A DNA stretch of 63,164 nt, filler included, from Octopus bimaculoides (Eukaryota): the NCBI RefSeq assembly GCF_001194135.2. It is 9 parts of 6 records of this genome, joined end to end, with 100 filler letters (N's around TTAATTAATTAA, not from the genome) between each part and the next. Parts side by side here need not be neighbours in the genome. Positions count along the whole stretch, not along the records: positions 22,196 to 39,168 come from NC_068982.1; 8 more parts are not named here. One strand, written 5' to 3'. A program made the position numbers and the translations under genes. Of this stretch, positions 23,481 to 36,560 are shown one piece after another; positions within the stretch are counted from its first letter, which is position 1; every line of letters starts with the position of its first letter. Under the pieces are notes generated by a model. It did no database searches and had not been told where the DNA came from. It saw nothing but the letters and a program-made list of their open reading frames with translations.

Positions 23481-26199
23481 CAAATGTGGCCTTTTGTTGA
23501 GCTGGTGTATTTCCACTGCATCATACAAAACGATTGTCTACAACTTGGAACATAACTATATACATTCCCTTTTACATATACTGAGCTATACACTTTGTAA
23601 GCAAATTTAATCCATTCATTATCACCTTAAATTTTAAATACTTTCTACATTTCTCTTTCGGTATATTCTTAATGTTCTTTTTGTTTCCACTATCGTCCTA
23701 AAATCGAAAATGAGAAACATACAGTATCGATTCGTGAGGTTTCATCTTCATATCTAGTAATATATAAATTTAGTACTCAGTTCTCCCTCTTCTCTCTCTT
23801 TCATTCTTTCTTGTTTACACGTATTTATGTAACTATCTCTTCTTTTTGCTGTTGACTACTGTACAGCGAATGATAAATATAATCTGAAAACGGAAAAATA
23901 GCCGCTAAAATGTTCTACAAACATTATTTCTATTCTATTCTGAAGATACTATTTGATATTTTAATTAAATAATTTTAAAATTCCACAAGCCTAAGAAGAC
24001 ATGCGTTTATTTTGGCGAATATTATATTCGAATACAAATCACGAATGAATTTCTAGTTTTTAGAGAACTACAGCAGTTAGAAAAATACCTTGTAATCTCG
24101 CAAAGATAGTTAAATACAGGAAGGTCTACAACTGCTTTCAAAGCTTCTTAAACAAGAGCTCAACTTCTTTATATGATTCGAAAACAATGAAATCACGAAA
24201 ATGTTATTTGCAATTATGTTCCATTCACAACAGCTACAGAGCAACACATACGTAGCTAAACCCATAGATACAACATGCACATACACCCCCACTAACTCAC
24301 GCACACAGTTTCCTACGTATATATACACACATACAAAAAGAACATATCATATATTGCGGCTCGGCTATAGATTATTCTTCCGGAATCTTTTCCATACCAC
24401 CCACATTTGTCCTCCATTTATTCAACATGCAGCTTGCACTGCAACATTCTAAAATTGTTTCCAAAAACATTTTTTTTTTTTCTCACAACATAAAATTAAT
24501 TTCTTTGTACTCCTGTTTGCTTTTGTTGTTTTGTTTCTGAAATCCTACCTATGTTGCATGGTATTCCTGATCCGATAGAAATTACACACTTCGGGGATTT
24601 AGTTTCTAGTTGAAGTATGCGCATCTTCGATGAGTCTACTTTTAATACTGCTTCTCATTAGTATATATTCAGCTTCTCCAACACATAGCAGGTTCTAATA
24701 TGTCCAGGTATTGAAAAAGATCTAGGCAAATATGTTTCAATTCAACTGATAGGTCCAATTTAAAGAGCAGCGCAGTTTAAAAAATTCTTAATCTAATCTC
24801 TTTTCATTCCCCAACGGGTCTTAGATATAAAATCTTTACAAGAGGCGCGTTTAAACTTAACTGTTTTTGCTTCTTATATTAAACGTTTTATTTAAAAAGG
24901 CAAATCAGTTTAAAAATTAATGTTCCGCCGCCAACTTGTCACTTCATGACCCAAACAGGAATTATTTTCGAAGAAAACTTTTGGCTAAAGATATAGCGTA
25001 TAACGTGAAAGTATAAATATGCCATAGGTCTACGTTTAGAACATAGAATGCTTTACCGGTAAATACATTTAAGATGCTTTTTTTTATCTGCTTAAAAATC
25101 ATTTCAGAAACCCGAAAAAGGTTCGCCATGATTTATCCAAGTATAACTGGTTTCCGAAGGGATCCTGCCCATTTCTGCTAAATTACACTTGTCCATCTTA
25201 GAATACGTTAGTCCACACAAATGGTTCGCTTCGATCAACAGCAAGATGTTCTTTGTGTTAAGTGAAAAGTTCCTCCTGTATTCTGGAAACTTTAAACCAG
25301 AAAATCCTAAATATTGAATTTTTGCAGTGTTACTCGAGTTACCTGCTGTGTCATCTTTTTTTTTATTGTCTAATGGCTGAAGTATTCTTTGCTGACTTTT
25401 AAAAATAGAATACATAACTACGAACTTTTACTAATTGTTTTAATTCTTTATTAATTGTTTTAATTCTTTATCGAAACAGCATGACTGAAACTTGTCATAC
25501 TTTTCCATTTTTTAAATTTTAATTGCCTCCCTTGCAACGTTTAAACACTATAATTTTAAACCGCACATTTCAGCATTTTTAACAAAAAAATAATTTATGT
25601 ACACCCCGCACGCCTGATTATAGACTTTTTTTTTTTGCAAGATATATTCAAGTGCTTCGTCATTCACTTGTAATATTTTTATTGCATACTTTTAATGCTT
25701 CAAGTATTTTTCTTTATACACTAAATGTGAGCATTTAAAGTAAGCTCCGACAATTGTTAATCGTTTTTCTTCTTTTTCCTTCTCCTTCTTTACTTCGCTT
25801 TCCTTTTCAATCTCTTTAATTTCTACCTCTTCAGTTTTTTTTTCTTTTTCTTCTACTCTCCGCTCATTTATACTACTTAGCTCTATATTTTCACATATAT
25901 CTCCCCATTCTTTAGCTCTCTTACCTCCTATTTTTTTCTCCTTTTATCTGTTTCTCTATTTGAAATTGTAAAATTGCGCAAATAAAGTATCCTCTGACAG
26001 TTTTCTTCAACGAGCTTCATAAAAATGTACAAAAAATATGCAAACAAATATGGAATCTAAAATCAAATTTTACCCTTACATTTTATTTTCTCAAAAAACA
26101 TGCTTTAGAAAAAAATATACTCTATTGATTTCCATAATTATTTCATATATATTTTTTCACATCAGTAACTATTTATTTCCATGTTTATTACCGTGTTTG

Positions 26200-26560
26200 T
26201 GGGCATTAAACTTTCTTAGTTTTTCTGCGAGAAGCTAAAAAGAACAGATACCGGCTGTTTCCAGTTCTGGAAAATGTGACATATATATTCACTAAAAGAA
26301 AATAATGTGATTCCAAATGGATTCCAGCAACTCTGAGATTTTGCCCTTGTGCTTTGCTGATTCCCATTGCATTGTAGATCAGTATCTAAATCCATAAAAC
26401 TTGGATGGCATTCATGTACTGAAAATTTTAGAATTCTCCACATTCCTCCTTCGTTAATCCAGAATGTCTGTATATCTTGAACTGAAGAATGACTTGATCA
26501 CCTTCGCATATTAACAACGCACTCAATATATTTGACGGAACTGCAATGGCGGGGCTTTAA
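26200..26560 (-). mobile_element. Helitron RepHel (PIF1-like helicase C-terminus) remnant
   Basis: At 26370-26260: AMGISKAQGQNLRVAGIHLESHYF...IYVTFSRTG, compared with the Helitron consensus AMTINKSQGQxLxxxGxxL...YVAxSRV. Confidence 0.7.
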
Positions 26561-27764
26561 AGTTTATTTCAGTAGTAAAATGTACTGGTTTGATTGAAGC
26601 TCTGGATCCATTTTTCGCCTGATTTGCTCCTTTTGTACCCATTGCGACCGGTTTTTGTCTCAGTTAGAAAAGGAAACGGATACCTCTTTATGCCTCATCT
26701 TTCATGCAAAATGAGTGTTTATTTAGGACTCCATATGGACCATGAACTATATGCTCCATCTTAATCTCATGGATAGCATGAATGGAGTCCCTATCTGATA
26801 TTTCGGTTTAAAATATATCAGCTTTTTTAGCTCAGCCGAACACTTTTTCAAACAAAGCAATAACAGAGCATGAAGTAAGTCACATATCTACCCTCCTGTA
26901 AAGAGCATAAAAGAATTAAATTTCCGAATAATGATTTCAAACTTAGTTCTCATAATTTTATTACTTTTTACATAATGCATTTATAATAATATCATGTTGA
27001 GAGACATATTACCATGTTGAGGAAGTATATTCTCGAAACAATTAGGTTTCTATTTCAGTCTATTTGGCTTGCATGTGAGCAGATCAGGACTAACAGATTT
27101 TCTGACACTAGTAATTACATCTCGAGTGGATGTATCTTGTTTTGGCCTTTCTCTGCAAAATGTTAATCTACACTAGCTGGATTTTCATTACTGTTCAAGA
27201 TATCTTTTAAATTAGTTTCCACATTTCAAATTAGATTGATTAAGTCTGATGAAAGTAAGATGTTCTGACGAAATGTTTGCACCCATATCCTTTATTAATT
27301 TATAGAATAGTTGGCGGAAATAACGGAGTAGACTTCCGCCTAATTATTAACCCTTATGCAAAATTATAATTTGCTGACTCCCTTTTCATAAATTTTTTCG
27401 ACACTAGAATTGTATCCATTTTGTTCTTTCCAAATTATGAATGGATATTACAATTTGTCAGATGAAAGTTGTTTTTCTCAAAATCTGGTGAACGACAGTC
27501 ACATTTCTATGGAACTCTTGTGGTTAGAACATTGCTTTGTGGTTAGAACGTTGGGTTCTCGATCAGATCCTGGGTTCGATTCATATTGCTCGATTTGATG
27601 CAACTGATTTAAGTAACAGGTAAATACAGGATGATCCCTCAAGCTATCTCACTTGCAGATTCCGTTTCATCAAGACAAGAACCAAATCGATATCCATATC
27701 TGCTTGCAACTAGGTAGATTCCTGAAAACCCAGTTAACGAAAGCATAGTGCGCGAGGAACATAT

Positions 27765-27875
27765 TGGTTTTAAATTTCATATTTTGGCACAAGGCCAGCA
27801 ATTTCGGGAGAAGAGGTAAGTCGAATTCATCGACCCAACTACTCAGCTGGTAGTTATTTTATCGAACCCAGAATA
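27765..27875 (-). mobile_element. Family A SINE 3' part
   Basis: TTTTGGCACAAGGCCAGCAATTTCGGG...AAGTCGAATTCATCGACCC. Confidence 0.75.
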
Positions 27876-28542
27876 ATTCGTATGCATCAAAGAAAGAAAG
27901 CCAGTTGATACTGCTATACTTTATTTAGACAATTATTTAAATATTTCTGGTTACATTGATACGGATTGTAATTTTACAATCCATTTGAACAGAAAATGCT
28001 GCCGTTTCTTCTCTCCAACCTCTTTTATGGCTCCACTATGTGCAAATCCTAGTAAAATTCTATCAATCACAACTACGGAATCAGATTTATAATCTATCTT
28101 TCTTTTACGCGTGTTATATTCAAATTCTACTCTTTCAAGTATCCATTTTTTTTCCTTCCTTACTCTTTGATTTCTAGTTCTTTTTCTTGAAGATGCTTCT
28201 GTCTTTCTTCATTTCCATTTTGTTTTGATCTTGGATTGCTTATTCTCATCTCATCGATTCAAAATTTTTAAAATTCACAATCCCTAGTCACTACATTCCT
28301 TTTTGATTCATTGCCAGCCTTTTCAAATGATTTTCTTATTTAGAAATCCTGAAACTGCTATAGTTTAATGTACGAGTTCCTTTCGATCGTGCGGAAAAAT
28401 AAATAAATAAATAAAATAATAAATAAAATGACCATCGCGAAATACAACAATATCTGTTTCAACACACGATTTCACATTAAAACGAACTGATAAAGGATTA
28501 AAATATTATTTTAAGTATTTCGGCTCAAACACTTTATTACAA

Positions 28543-28588
28543 TAAGTAAGGGAAATATACCTGCTATGCAGGTATATTTCTCTTCTTA
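28543..28588. repeat. Hairpin with a perfect 13-bp stem
   Basis: GAAATATACCTGC-TAT-GCAGGTATATTTC (28552-28580), extendable to about 21 bp with one G-T pair and one bulge. Confidence 0.85.
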
Positions 28589-29629
28589 AATGTGCAAATA
28601 TTGTTTTAAAGATCTCATTTAATTATTCAACATTAATATTATTCATAAAATTATATAACTTTATGAAAATCGTCTAATGGCAAAGCATACACGAAGTGTT
28701 ATCAGATAAAAGCTTCGTACGAGGAAATGATTATGGTTTTGCATCTCTTACGTTTAAATAAAATAAAATATAAAATATGAAGACTTCCAACGAAAGATGT
28801 CTATGACAAAAGCAAAGAATATCTGCCGGAAATCAAACTACATTGAAAGTCTAATTAATTGGTAAGTGACATTTATCATTAATTGCAACAAAGATGTCTG
28901 TTTTACGGCTTCTTAAGAATTTTCGCTGACTACTGCTGACTTCTTAATTTCATTAAAAAAATTGCATCACAAAATTTTCAAAACATAATGGATTTTAGAA
29001 AATAGCCCATATTGCAAATTTTACTCGTAAATATCGCAGACACACAAACAGACACACACACACACACACACACATACATAGATATATATAAACACACAAG
29101 NNNNNNNNNNNNNNNNNNNNNNNNNNNNNNNNNNNNNNNNNNNNNNNNNNNNNNNNNNNNNNNNNNNNNNNNNNNNNNNNNNNNNNNNNNNNNNNNNNNN
29201 NNNNNNNNNNNNNNNNNNNNNNNNNNNNNNNNNNNNNNNNNNNNNNNNNNNNNNNNNNNNNNNTGTGTGTGTTGGTGTGTGTGTGTGTTAGAGAGAAAGA
29301 GAGATAGACAGAGAGACAGAGAGACAGAGAGAGAAAGACAGTCAGACAGACAGAAAGATGTTTGTATATGCGTGCATATATATACATATATGTATATATT
29401 TATACTTATATACATAAATACACACACACACATATTCACCACACACACACCCATACACATACACAAACACACATGCACAGATTCACCTCCCCAACATGCA
29501 CAGACACATACATATGCACACACTCAAACACACACTCACTCACACACACATACACATATCTTCTCTTATTCATTTCAGCTTAAGTCTGTAGCCATGCTGG
29601 GGCACCACCAGTACCTCCACTTTTTCAAC

Positions 29630-30980
29630 GGCCATTCCTATGTCGTTGGCTTTTGATAAATGAGAGAGTTTGATATTACTGCCCTTCTTTGAGTTTCTGG
29701 CTGTGATGTAGGTGCAGCTGGGATTTTGGACAGAAGAAGATCGAGATGCTTCTTGAAAACATTTACTTCCAACCCCCCACTCCAAGTAGATCTTTCGGAT
29801 TTTTTCAGCAAAATATTAAATAGCTGTGAGCCTTTGAATCCCAATCTATTACAATACCTGGACCTTACTCTAGACGGAATATGTGAGACCTTTGGAACAG
29901 CACAGTGGTGTTCTTTTCAGGGGCTGGTATAACTCTCGATGTCAAAGTTTGGAGTTGGCTCCAAACTCTTCAGTATCTCACAGAAGCTAAAGTGTTTCAC
30001 TGATGTAAAGTCTTTGGTATACTATTGCTGAATTGCCTCGAGTTCCGCTGTTAAATTGATAATGTGGGATGTCCATAGCTGAGAGTAGCATCCCAGTCGG
30101 ACCCGTTCAGTTTCCTGGTCTCTTGTTCTGAAAGTTCTGTGAATCCATCGATACATTCGCCATTATCTTGATAATGTGTATATGAAGCGATGTATCGTTG
30201 ATCATATCAATTCCCTGGTTCCGCACTGTGTTTCACTCTTGGATTGCCACTCTTTTTGGTCCAAAGTATCTTTGTTGCGACACGTTAGCAGAAAATGGCT
30301 GATAGCGGACCGCATGAAATTTTCCTGCATTAAATTGCATGTTGTTTTCCTCAGCTCTTTTATATATGGCATCTAATCTGCATGCAGCCACTCTTATTAG
30401 CTACAATTCCCCGAGGCACTCCACTCGCTATTAATGTCTCCTTGGAGAAGGTTCCATTGGCTACTACCACCTGACTTTTGTTTCTTAAGAAGTTATGTAA
30501 TCACTTTTCCAGTTTCCAACTATATTGAGTCCTCGCAGATTGTGATACATCATCAAAGATCTTTGCACAACCGAGATTTATCACATCCACATTTGAGTGG
30601 TTTTAACACCCAAGCATAATGCTGCAGTATCTGTATATGGAAGCTTCTTTTTGAGCCAGAGCCACGCTGAATATCAGGGAGCAAGTCATTATTTTCTAGG
30701 AAAGGGATTATCTTCCTCCTGACCTTTTGTTCTATGACCTTGCGGACGTGTGAGATTAGAGGAACAGCTCTATAATTTTTAGCATCTGCTCTGCTTCCTC
30801 CTTTACAGATAGGATATATTATGTACGCTTTTAATTTTCTGAGAAATCTACCGCTTCCAAAAAAGTTCCAGAAGTAGATTTGAAGTGATCTTGTTAGGGA
30901 ATCTCTGCATTGTCTCAGGAGGGTTGCTGGGAATCCATCAAGGTCAGTGGCTGAATTTAAGTTCATTTCATGAATGGCTA
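29630..30980 (-). mobile_element. Decayed CR1-like LINE (RT to C-terminus)
   Basis: SATDLDGFPATLLRQC...IYPICKGGSRADAKNYRAVPLISHVRKVIE; VVANGTFS...SGVPRG; NNMQFNAGKF; C-terminal NVFKKHLDLLLSKIP...SNSLIYQ. Many stops and frameshifts. Confidence 0.85.
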
Positions 30981-31149
30981 TATCACAACAGTCTCCTCTA
31001 TCTCGATATAATTGGTAATTGCTATCCCTTCATGTAGAGGTGCAGTGTAAAAGAACACCATCGGCATATTTATTTGGAAGTGACACGACGAAAATATGAA
31101 AACACTTCTGTATTGCACGTCAGTGAGCCACTTTCTTCGATATATATAC

Positions 31150-31485
31150 ATATATCGGAGATCCCCTTCCGTCACGAATGACCATGAAATTGCACCTAGA
31201 AAGTTACCCTCCGAGGTACAAGTCCGAGTAAGGTTGTTTATGGAAGACCAGCAGTCGCCCATACATACCAGCCTCCCATCTCCACCGTTGTTATCCAAGG
31301 GAAGGGCAAAGGCCGATACATCTTGGCACCAGTGACGTCACAACTAATTTCTGCAGCTGAGTGAACTGGAGCAACGTGAAATAAAGTGTGTTGCTTAAGA
31401 ACACAACACGCAGCCCGGTTTGGGATTCGAACTCACAACCTGACGGTCGTAAGTTCGCCGCTCTAACCACTGAGCCATGCGCTTT
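31150..31485 (-). mobile_element. tRNA-derived SINE family C, near full length
   Basis: rc GCGCATGGCTCAGTGGTTAGAGC (A box)...GTGAGTTCGAATCCC (B box)...GTGTTCTTAAGCAACACACTT..., then a long tail. Confidence 0.85.
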
Positions 31486-31489
31486 CACA

Positions 31490-31547
<58 letters not shown>

Positions 31548-32030
31548 NNNNNNNNNNNNNNNNNNNNNNNNNNNNNNNNNNNNNNNNNNNNNNNNNNNNN
31601 NNNNNNNNNNNNNNNNNNNNNNNNNNNNNNNNNNNNNNNNNNNNNNNNNNNNNNNNNNNNNNNNNNNNNNNNNNNNNNNNNNNNNNNNNNNNNNNNNNNN
31701 NNNNNNNNNNNNNNNNNNNNNNNNNNNNNNNNNNNNNNNNNNNNNNNNNNNNNNNNNNNNNNNNNNNNNNNNNNNNNNNNNNNNNNNNNNNNNNNNNNNN
31801 NNNNNNNNNNNNNNNNNNNNNNNNNNNNNNNNNNNNNNNNNNNNNNNNNNNNNNNNNNNNNNNNNNNNNNNNNNNNNNNNNNNNNNNNNNNNNNNNNNNN
31901 NNNNNNNNNNNNNNNNNNNNNNNNNNNNNNNNNNNNNNNNNNNNNNNNNNNNNNNNNNNNNNNNNNNNNNNNNNNNNNNNNNNNNNNNNNNNNNNNNNNN
32001 NNNNNNNNNNNNNNNNNNNTATATATATAT

Positions 32031-32083
<53 letters not shown>

Positions 32084-32659
32084 CATATATATATACATAT
32101 ATCCATATGTGTGTGTGTGTGTGTGTGTATGTATATGTATGTATACGTTTATGTATATGTACAATCGCTAGTTGAAAGTAACTGGATGAAAATGCAATCT
32201 CTAGATGTCTATGCATCAGAAACGTGCATCGGACAAATTTAAATCATATATATTATAATTGACTGTAGAAATAATATTTTAAAAAATTATGTAGATCTGT
32301 ATTCATCAGATCTGCATAATAATCTCCGCTTTCATTGTCACTGTATATAAATACACACGCACGCACACGCACGCACACGCACACACACACACACACACAC
32401 ATACATACATACGTACATACATACATACATACATACATACATACATACATGTATATGTGTGTGTGTTTTGGGGGGTATCACAGATATGTCAGGACTAATT
32501 TACGTAGCAGATAATTTAATGGCAGATAATTCAAAAGCATTCTTACCTCAACAATTTATAAACCAGAAAGCTGAACTAATTACAGTAAAATGAGGTTCTG
32601 AAAATTCATAGAATTCGCCACTTGTGTGCGACTCGGTCTAGACTACCGATCACGTTATA

Positions 32660-32741
32660 TTCGGAATAGAGTAAATTCCATTAGAGAATATGACCGGTTC
32701 TTCGGAATAGAGTAAATTCCATTAGAGAATATGACCGGTTC
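32660..32741. repeat. Perfect 41-bp tandem duplication
   Basis: TTCGGAATAGAGTAAATTCCATTAGAGAATATGACCGGTTC twice. Confidence 0.95.
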
Positions 32742-32864
32742 TATGTTAATTTCACCTCACAACTATCCAAAACACACACACATGTATAAGATATTTAAAA
32801 TAAAACTTGAGAATTGTACATTAAAGAGAGTATTCTGTGTAAATGACTGATAACCCTTTCTACA

Positions 32865-33252
32865 ATAGGCACAAATTCTGAGTTTTGTGGGAGTGGGGTG
32901 GGGGTTGATTACATCGACCTCAGTTCACAACTGTTACTTATTTCATCCATCCCGAAAAGATGAAAGCAAAGTCGACCTCGGCGGAATTTGAACTCAGAAC
33001 GTGTTATGTCTCAAGCTACTGCTATCTAGCACCTTCGGATGATCTCTGCTCGACTGCTACTCAAGAGCTACTCAACTATCAGTCCACTGTCAGTCCACTC
33101 TTACCAAGGTCAAACTACCTCTATTTATACGTCTTGGTCGAGCCTACTTCTTCGCTTGAGGGCGTCGACACAACAGAACGTAAAGACGGACGCAATGCTG
33201 CTGACCATTTTGCCCGGCGTGCTATCGATTCTGCCAGTTTATCACCCTTAAT
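32865..33252 (-). mobile_element. Family A SINE interrupted by a solo LTR
   Basis: SINE body ends ...GAACTCAGAACG at 33001 and resumes GAACGTAAAGACGG at 33176. Confidence 0.85.
33002..33175 (-). mobile_element. 174-bp solo LTR-like insertion with a 5-bp TSD
   Basis: TG...CA termini, terminal IR TGTTATGTC / rc TGTTGTGTC, TSD GAACG (32997-33001 and 33176-33180), and TATAAATA on the minus strand. Confidence 0.8.
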
Positions 33253-33261
33253 AATGACAGT

Positions 33262-33485
33262 AATAATCGTTTCTATTAAAGGCACAAGGCCTGAAATTTT
33301 AGGAGAGGGGACTAGTCGATTATATCAACCTCAGTGTTTCATTGGTACTTAAATTATCGACCCTGAAAGGATGAAAGGCAAAGTCGACCTCAGTAGTAGA
33401 ATTTGAATTCAGAACATAGAGACGGGCGAAATACCCTTAATCATTTCGTCCAGCGTACTAAGGATTCTGCCGGCTCGTCGTCTTA
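33262..33485 (-). mobile_element. Family A SINE
   Basis: GGCACAAGGCCTGAAATTT...ATCGACCCTGAAAGGATGAAAGGCAAAGTCGACCTC...GAATTTGAATTCAGAAC. Confidence 0.88.
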
Positions 33486-33514
33486 ATGTCTGTAATAATA
33501 AAAACTGTGTAGAT

Positions 33515-33685
33515 GGCGCAGGGGTGACTGTGTGGTAAGTAGCTTGCTTACCAACCACATGGTTCCGGGTTCAGTCCCACTGCGTGGCATCTTGTGCAAG
33601 TGTCTTCTACTATAGCCTCGGGCCGACCAAAGCCTTGTGAGTGGATTTGGTAGACGGAAACTGAAAGAAGCCCGTCGTATATATG

Positions 33686-33690
<5 letters not shown>
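33515..33690 (+). mobile_element. tRNA-derived CORE-like SINE (family B), 5' part
   Basis: GGCGCAGG..TGACTGTGTGGTAAG...GGGTTCAGTCCC, CORE-like GTGGCATCTTGTGCAAGTGTCTT, then (TA)/(GT)n. Confidence 0.85.
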
Positions 33691-33728
<38 letters not shown>

Positions 33729-33945
33729 NNNNNNNNNNNNNNNNNNNNNNNNNNNNNNNNNNNNNNNNNNNNNNNNNNNNNNNNNNNNNNNNNNNNNNNN
33801 NNNNNNNNNNNNNNNNNNNNNNNNNNNNNNNNNNNNNNNNNNNNNNNNNNNNNNNNNNNNNNNNNNNNNNNNNNNNNNNNNNNNNNNNNNNNNNNNNNNN
33901 NAAAGATTTATAACTCCCTGTCTTTATCTTAATGTCTTGAATATT

Positions 33946-34160
33946 TTGGGTAGACCGGAAAGTTCGTGCCGATTTTTAAAGGAAAGGAAAATGGTCATTA
34001 CATTTTTAATCAACCAAATATGAACCATTTTGTTGCACAATGCGTTTCCATCTTTCCTTTAACCTGAAAATACCCTCTTCCCAGATTTGAAGTGGATTCA
34101 TGGCAAATAAGTCGAAAGGTAAGCTACTATAAATCGGCACGAACTTTCCGGACAACCCAA
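33946..34160 (-). mobile_element. 215-bp mariner-derived MITE (fourth family)
   Basis: 30-bp TIRs TTGGGTAGACCGGAAAGTTCGTGCCGATTT / rc TTGGGTTGTCCGGAAAGTTCGTGCCGATTT. Retains a transposase tail WEEGIFRLKERWKRIVQQNGSYLVD*. Confidence 0.9.
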
Positions 34161-34696
34161 AACATTCTCTAAACTGTTTCAAGTCCACTGAAGCGAACTC
34201 AGGGTTTACCCATCGGGTGAAATACCGTGTGATTGGTTACCTTACATAATTCCCAGTTATTCTATATCATTCGATGCAGTTAGCCAGAACCTGGCTTATA
34301 CTAGAGCACTTGAATGGTACCTATCTGGATCTATTACCTCTATTCATTTACTACATACATACATACATACATACATACATACATACATACATACATACAT
34401 GCGATGTCATGCGCTGTTTATCTTGATATGAGATCACCATGTTGCGCACATATGGTTGTGATGCATGTGCCTGGTGTACCCTTATCAGTCGGGTAGTCAT
34501 GATGGGTATATTGGGCTTTGTATATTTTACCCCAGTGTCACTTTGATGGCATGCACTGCTCTCTCATACATACATACATGCATGCACACATACATACATA
34601 CATACATGCATGTATGCATGCATACATACATGCATACATACATACATACATACATACGCGCACACACATACACACACACACACACANNNNNNNNNN

Positions 34697-34746
<50 letters not shown>

Positions 34747-35616
34747 AGGCAAAAATATTTTAATGAAATGAGTAAAACATTTTAAAAAATTCATGTGAAT
34801 GATACAGAGAGATAGAAGTGAACTAAAATGACTCGATAAATTGCACTATACGCAATAAATCTTTCTTTACTCTTTTTTGCGTTTAAACAAAGATTATCTG
34901 AGCTTATTCACACTTCAGATTTTTAATTTACAAAGTTAGTTTTTTCGTTCATAATACATCCAAAAACAATTTCCTATATTTCTATACATAAAGAAAATAA
35001 TTTCCTATGTTACATACACACATTTATAAATAGGCATGGTATATCAATATAGAACACAAATGGCCGTAATTGTTTCCACCACCAGCACTGCCACCACGAA
35101 AATCAACAACCACAACAGCACTTACATACATATGTATATATGTATGTGTGTGTGTTTGTGTGTGTGTTAGTGTGTGTATGTGTATGTGTGTGTTAGTGTG
35201 TATGCGTGTGTATGTATGTATTGGCTTATTCTGTCTTTTTCATCATTACTAAAACAACGAGCTTCGGTCGTAAGTACACATTATTCATCAATGATAAATA
35301 TAATTTTGCTATGTAATCGGACACTTACATAAACTATGACCTTCTCCCTGTAAAAAAAAAAAGGAAAAATGAGTCCTCAGTGCAAAATTTCGGTTACCTA
35401 TTGCAAGCGTGTGGCCTACAATATAGAACATACTTTTTAACTTTTACACGCGCACGCACATGCACGCACGCACACACACACACACGCATTCACACACAAA
35501 CATACACACACACACATTCACGCTTGTGCATGCAAATACGCACATACACACAAAGACACACGAACACACATGTGCACAAACATATAATATACATTATATT
35601 TTTTATCTTTTAGCGT

Positions 35617-35928
35617 TTACTACTGCGGCCATGCTGGGGCATTCGAACGAATCGACCACAGAACTAATTTTTTTTAAAGTCTGATACCTATTCAATCGGG
35701 CCTCGTTGCTGAACCGCTAGGTTATGGGGACATAAACACAAATACAAAGAAACACACATACATTTACTTATGTATATACATAAAACGGGCTTCTTTCAGT
35801 TACCGTCTATCAAATTCATTCACAAGGCTTTGGTCGGCTCGACGCTAGAGTAGAAGACGCTTGTCCAAGGTGCCACGCATAGAACTAAACCCGGAACTAT
35901 CTAGTTGGGAAGCAAACTTCTTACCATG
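35617..35928 (-). mobile_element. Family B SINE, diverged
   Basis: GGGCTTCTTTCAGTT...CACAAGGCTTTGGTCGG...CCAAGGTGCCACGC. Confidence 0.8.
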
Positions 35929-35941
35929 TATTTTTATAGTA

Positions 35942-36296
35942 CAGTAATCCCTCGACTATCGCGAGTAATACGTTCCAACCCGCCCCCCGCGAGAGGTGAA
36001 AATAGTACTGTGGTCGATTCGTTCGAAAAAATTTCTTGAAGGTGGTGCCCCAGCATGTCCGCAGTAGTAACAGTGCTGTACTGTATATTTTGGTAAAATT
36101 ATTTTTATAATTTGTATGTATTTGTTTTATTATAAATGCAAAACCACACCACGGAAGAATCGACGCAAGCTAAATAACAAACCGCGATAGGTGAACCGCG
36201 ATAGGTGAACCGCGATAGGTGAACCGTGATAAGTGAACCGCGATATGGCGAAGGATTACCGTGATAAGTGAACCGTGATATGGCGAAGGATTACCG
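35942..36296. mobile_element. Tigger/pogo-like MITE
   Basis: TA-CAGTAATCCCTCGACTATCGCG ... CGTGATATGGCGAAGGATTACCG-TA. The right TIR is duplicated, and a 14-bp unit AACCGCGATAGGTG occurs 4 times at 36180-36235. Confidence 0.75.
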
Positions 36297-36399
36297 TAGT
36301 CGTTCGAGTCTAAGAAAGACAGATCCACCATGTTTTGCGGAGCAACTTGCACAGATGTCTTGCTTAGAAGGATCAGCATTAGTACTGCTCACTCCTATC

Positions 36400-36560
36400 A
36401 AATCGACACTGCCCGTACAATTACATAGTGCACTACATGTCAGATGTCGAAATGAGAGGAGAATGACGTGAGATGAAGTGCTTTGCTCGAGTACAGAGAG
36501 CACCACCTTGTCCGCGAATCGAACCCATGATCTCACAACCGTGAGTGTAACGTCTTAACT
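36400..36560 (-). mobile_element. Family C SINE head, diverged
   Basis: rc GTTGTGAGATCATGGGTTCGATTCGC...GAGCAAAGCACTTCATCTCACG. Confidence 0.5.

Noticed and set aside
25104-25415. 103-aa non-repetitive ORF
   Set aside because: No recognisable domain or splice context; the length is compatible with chance.
27246-27280. CTGATGA-AA-GTAAGATGTTCTGAC-GAAA-TGTTT, a fourth hammerhead-like core
   Set aside because: It has two extra bases after the core, a mismatched stem II, ATGT instead of ACGT, and no stem I. It may be a very old relic or chance.
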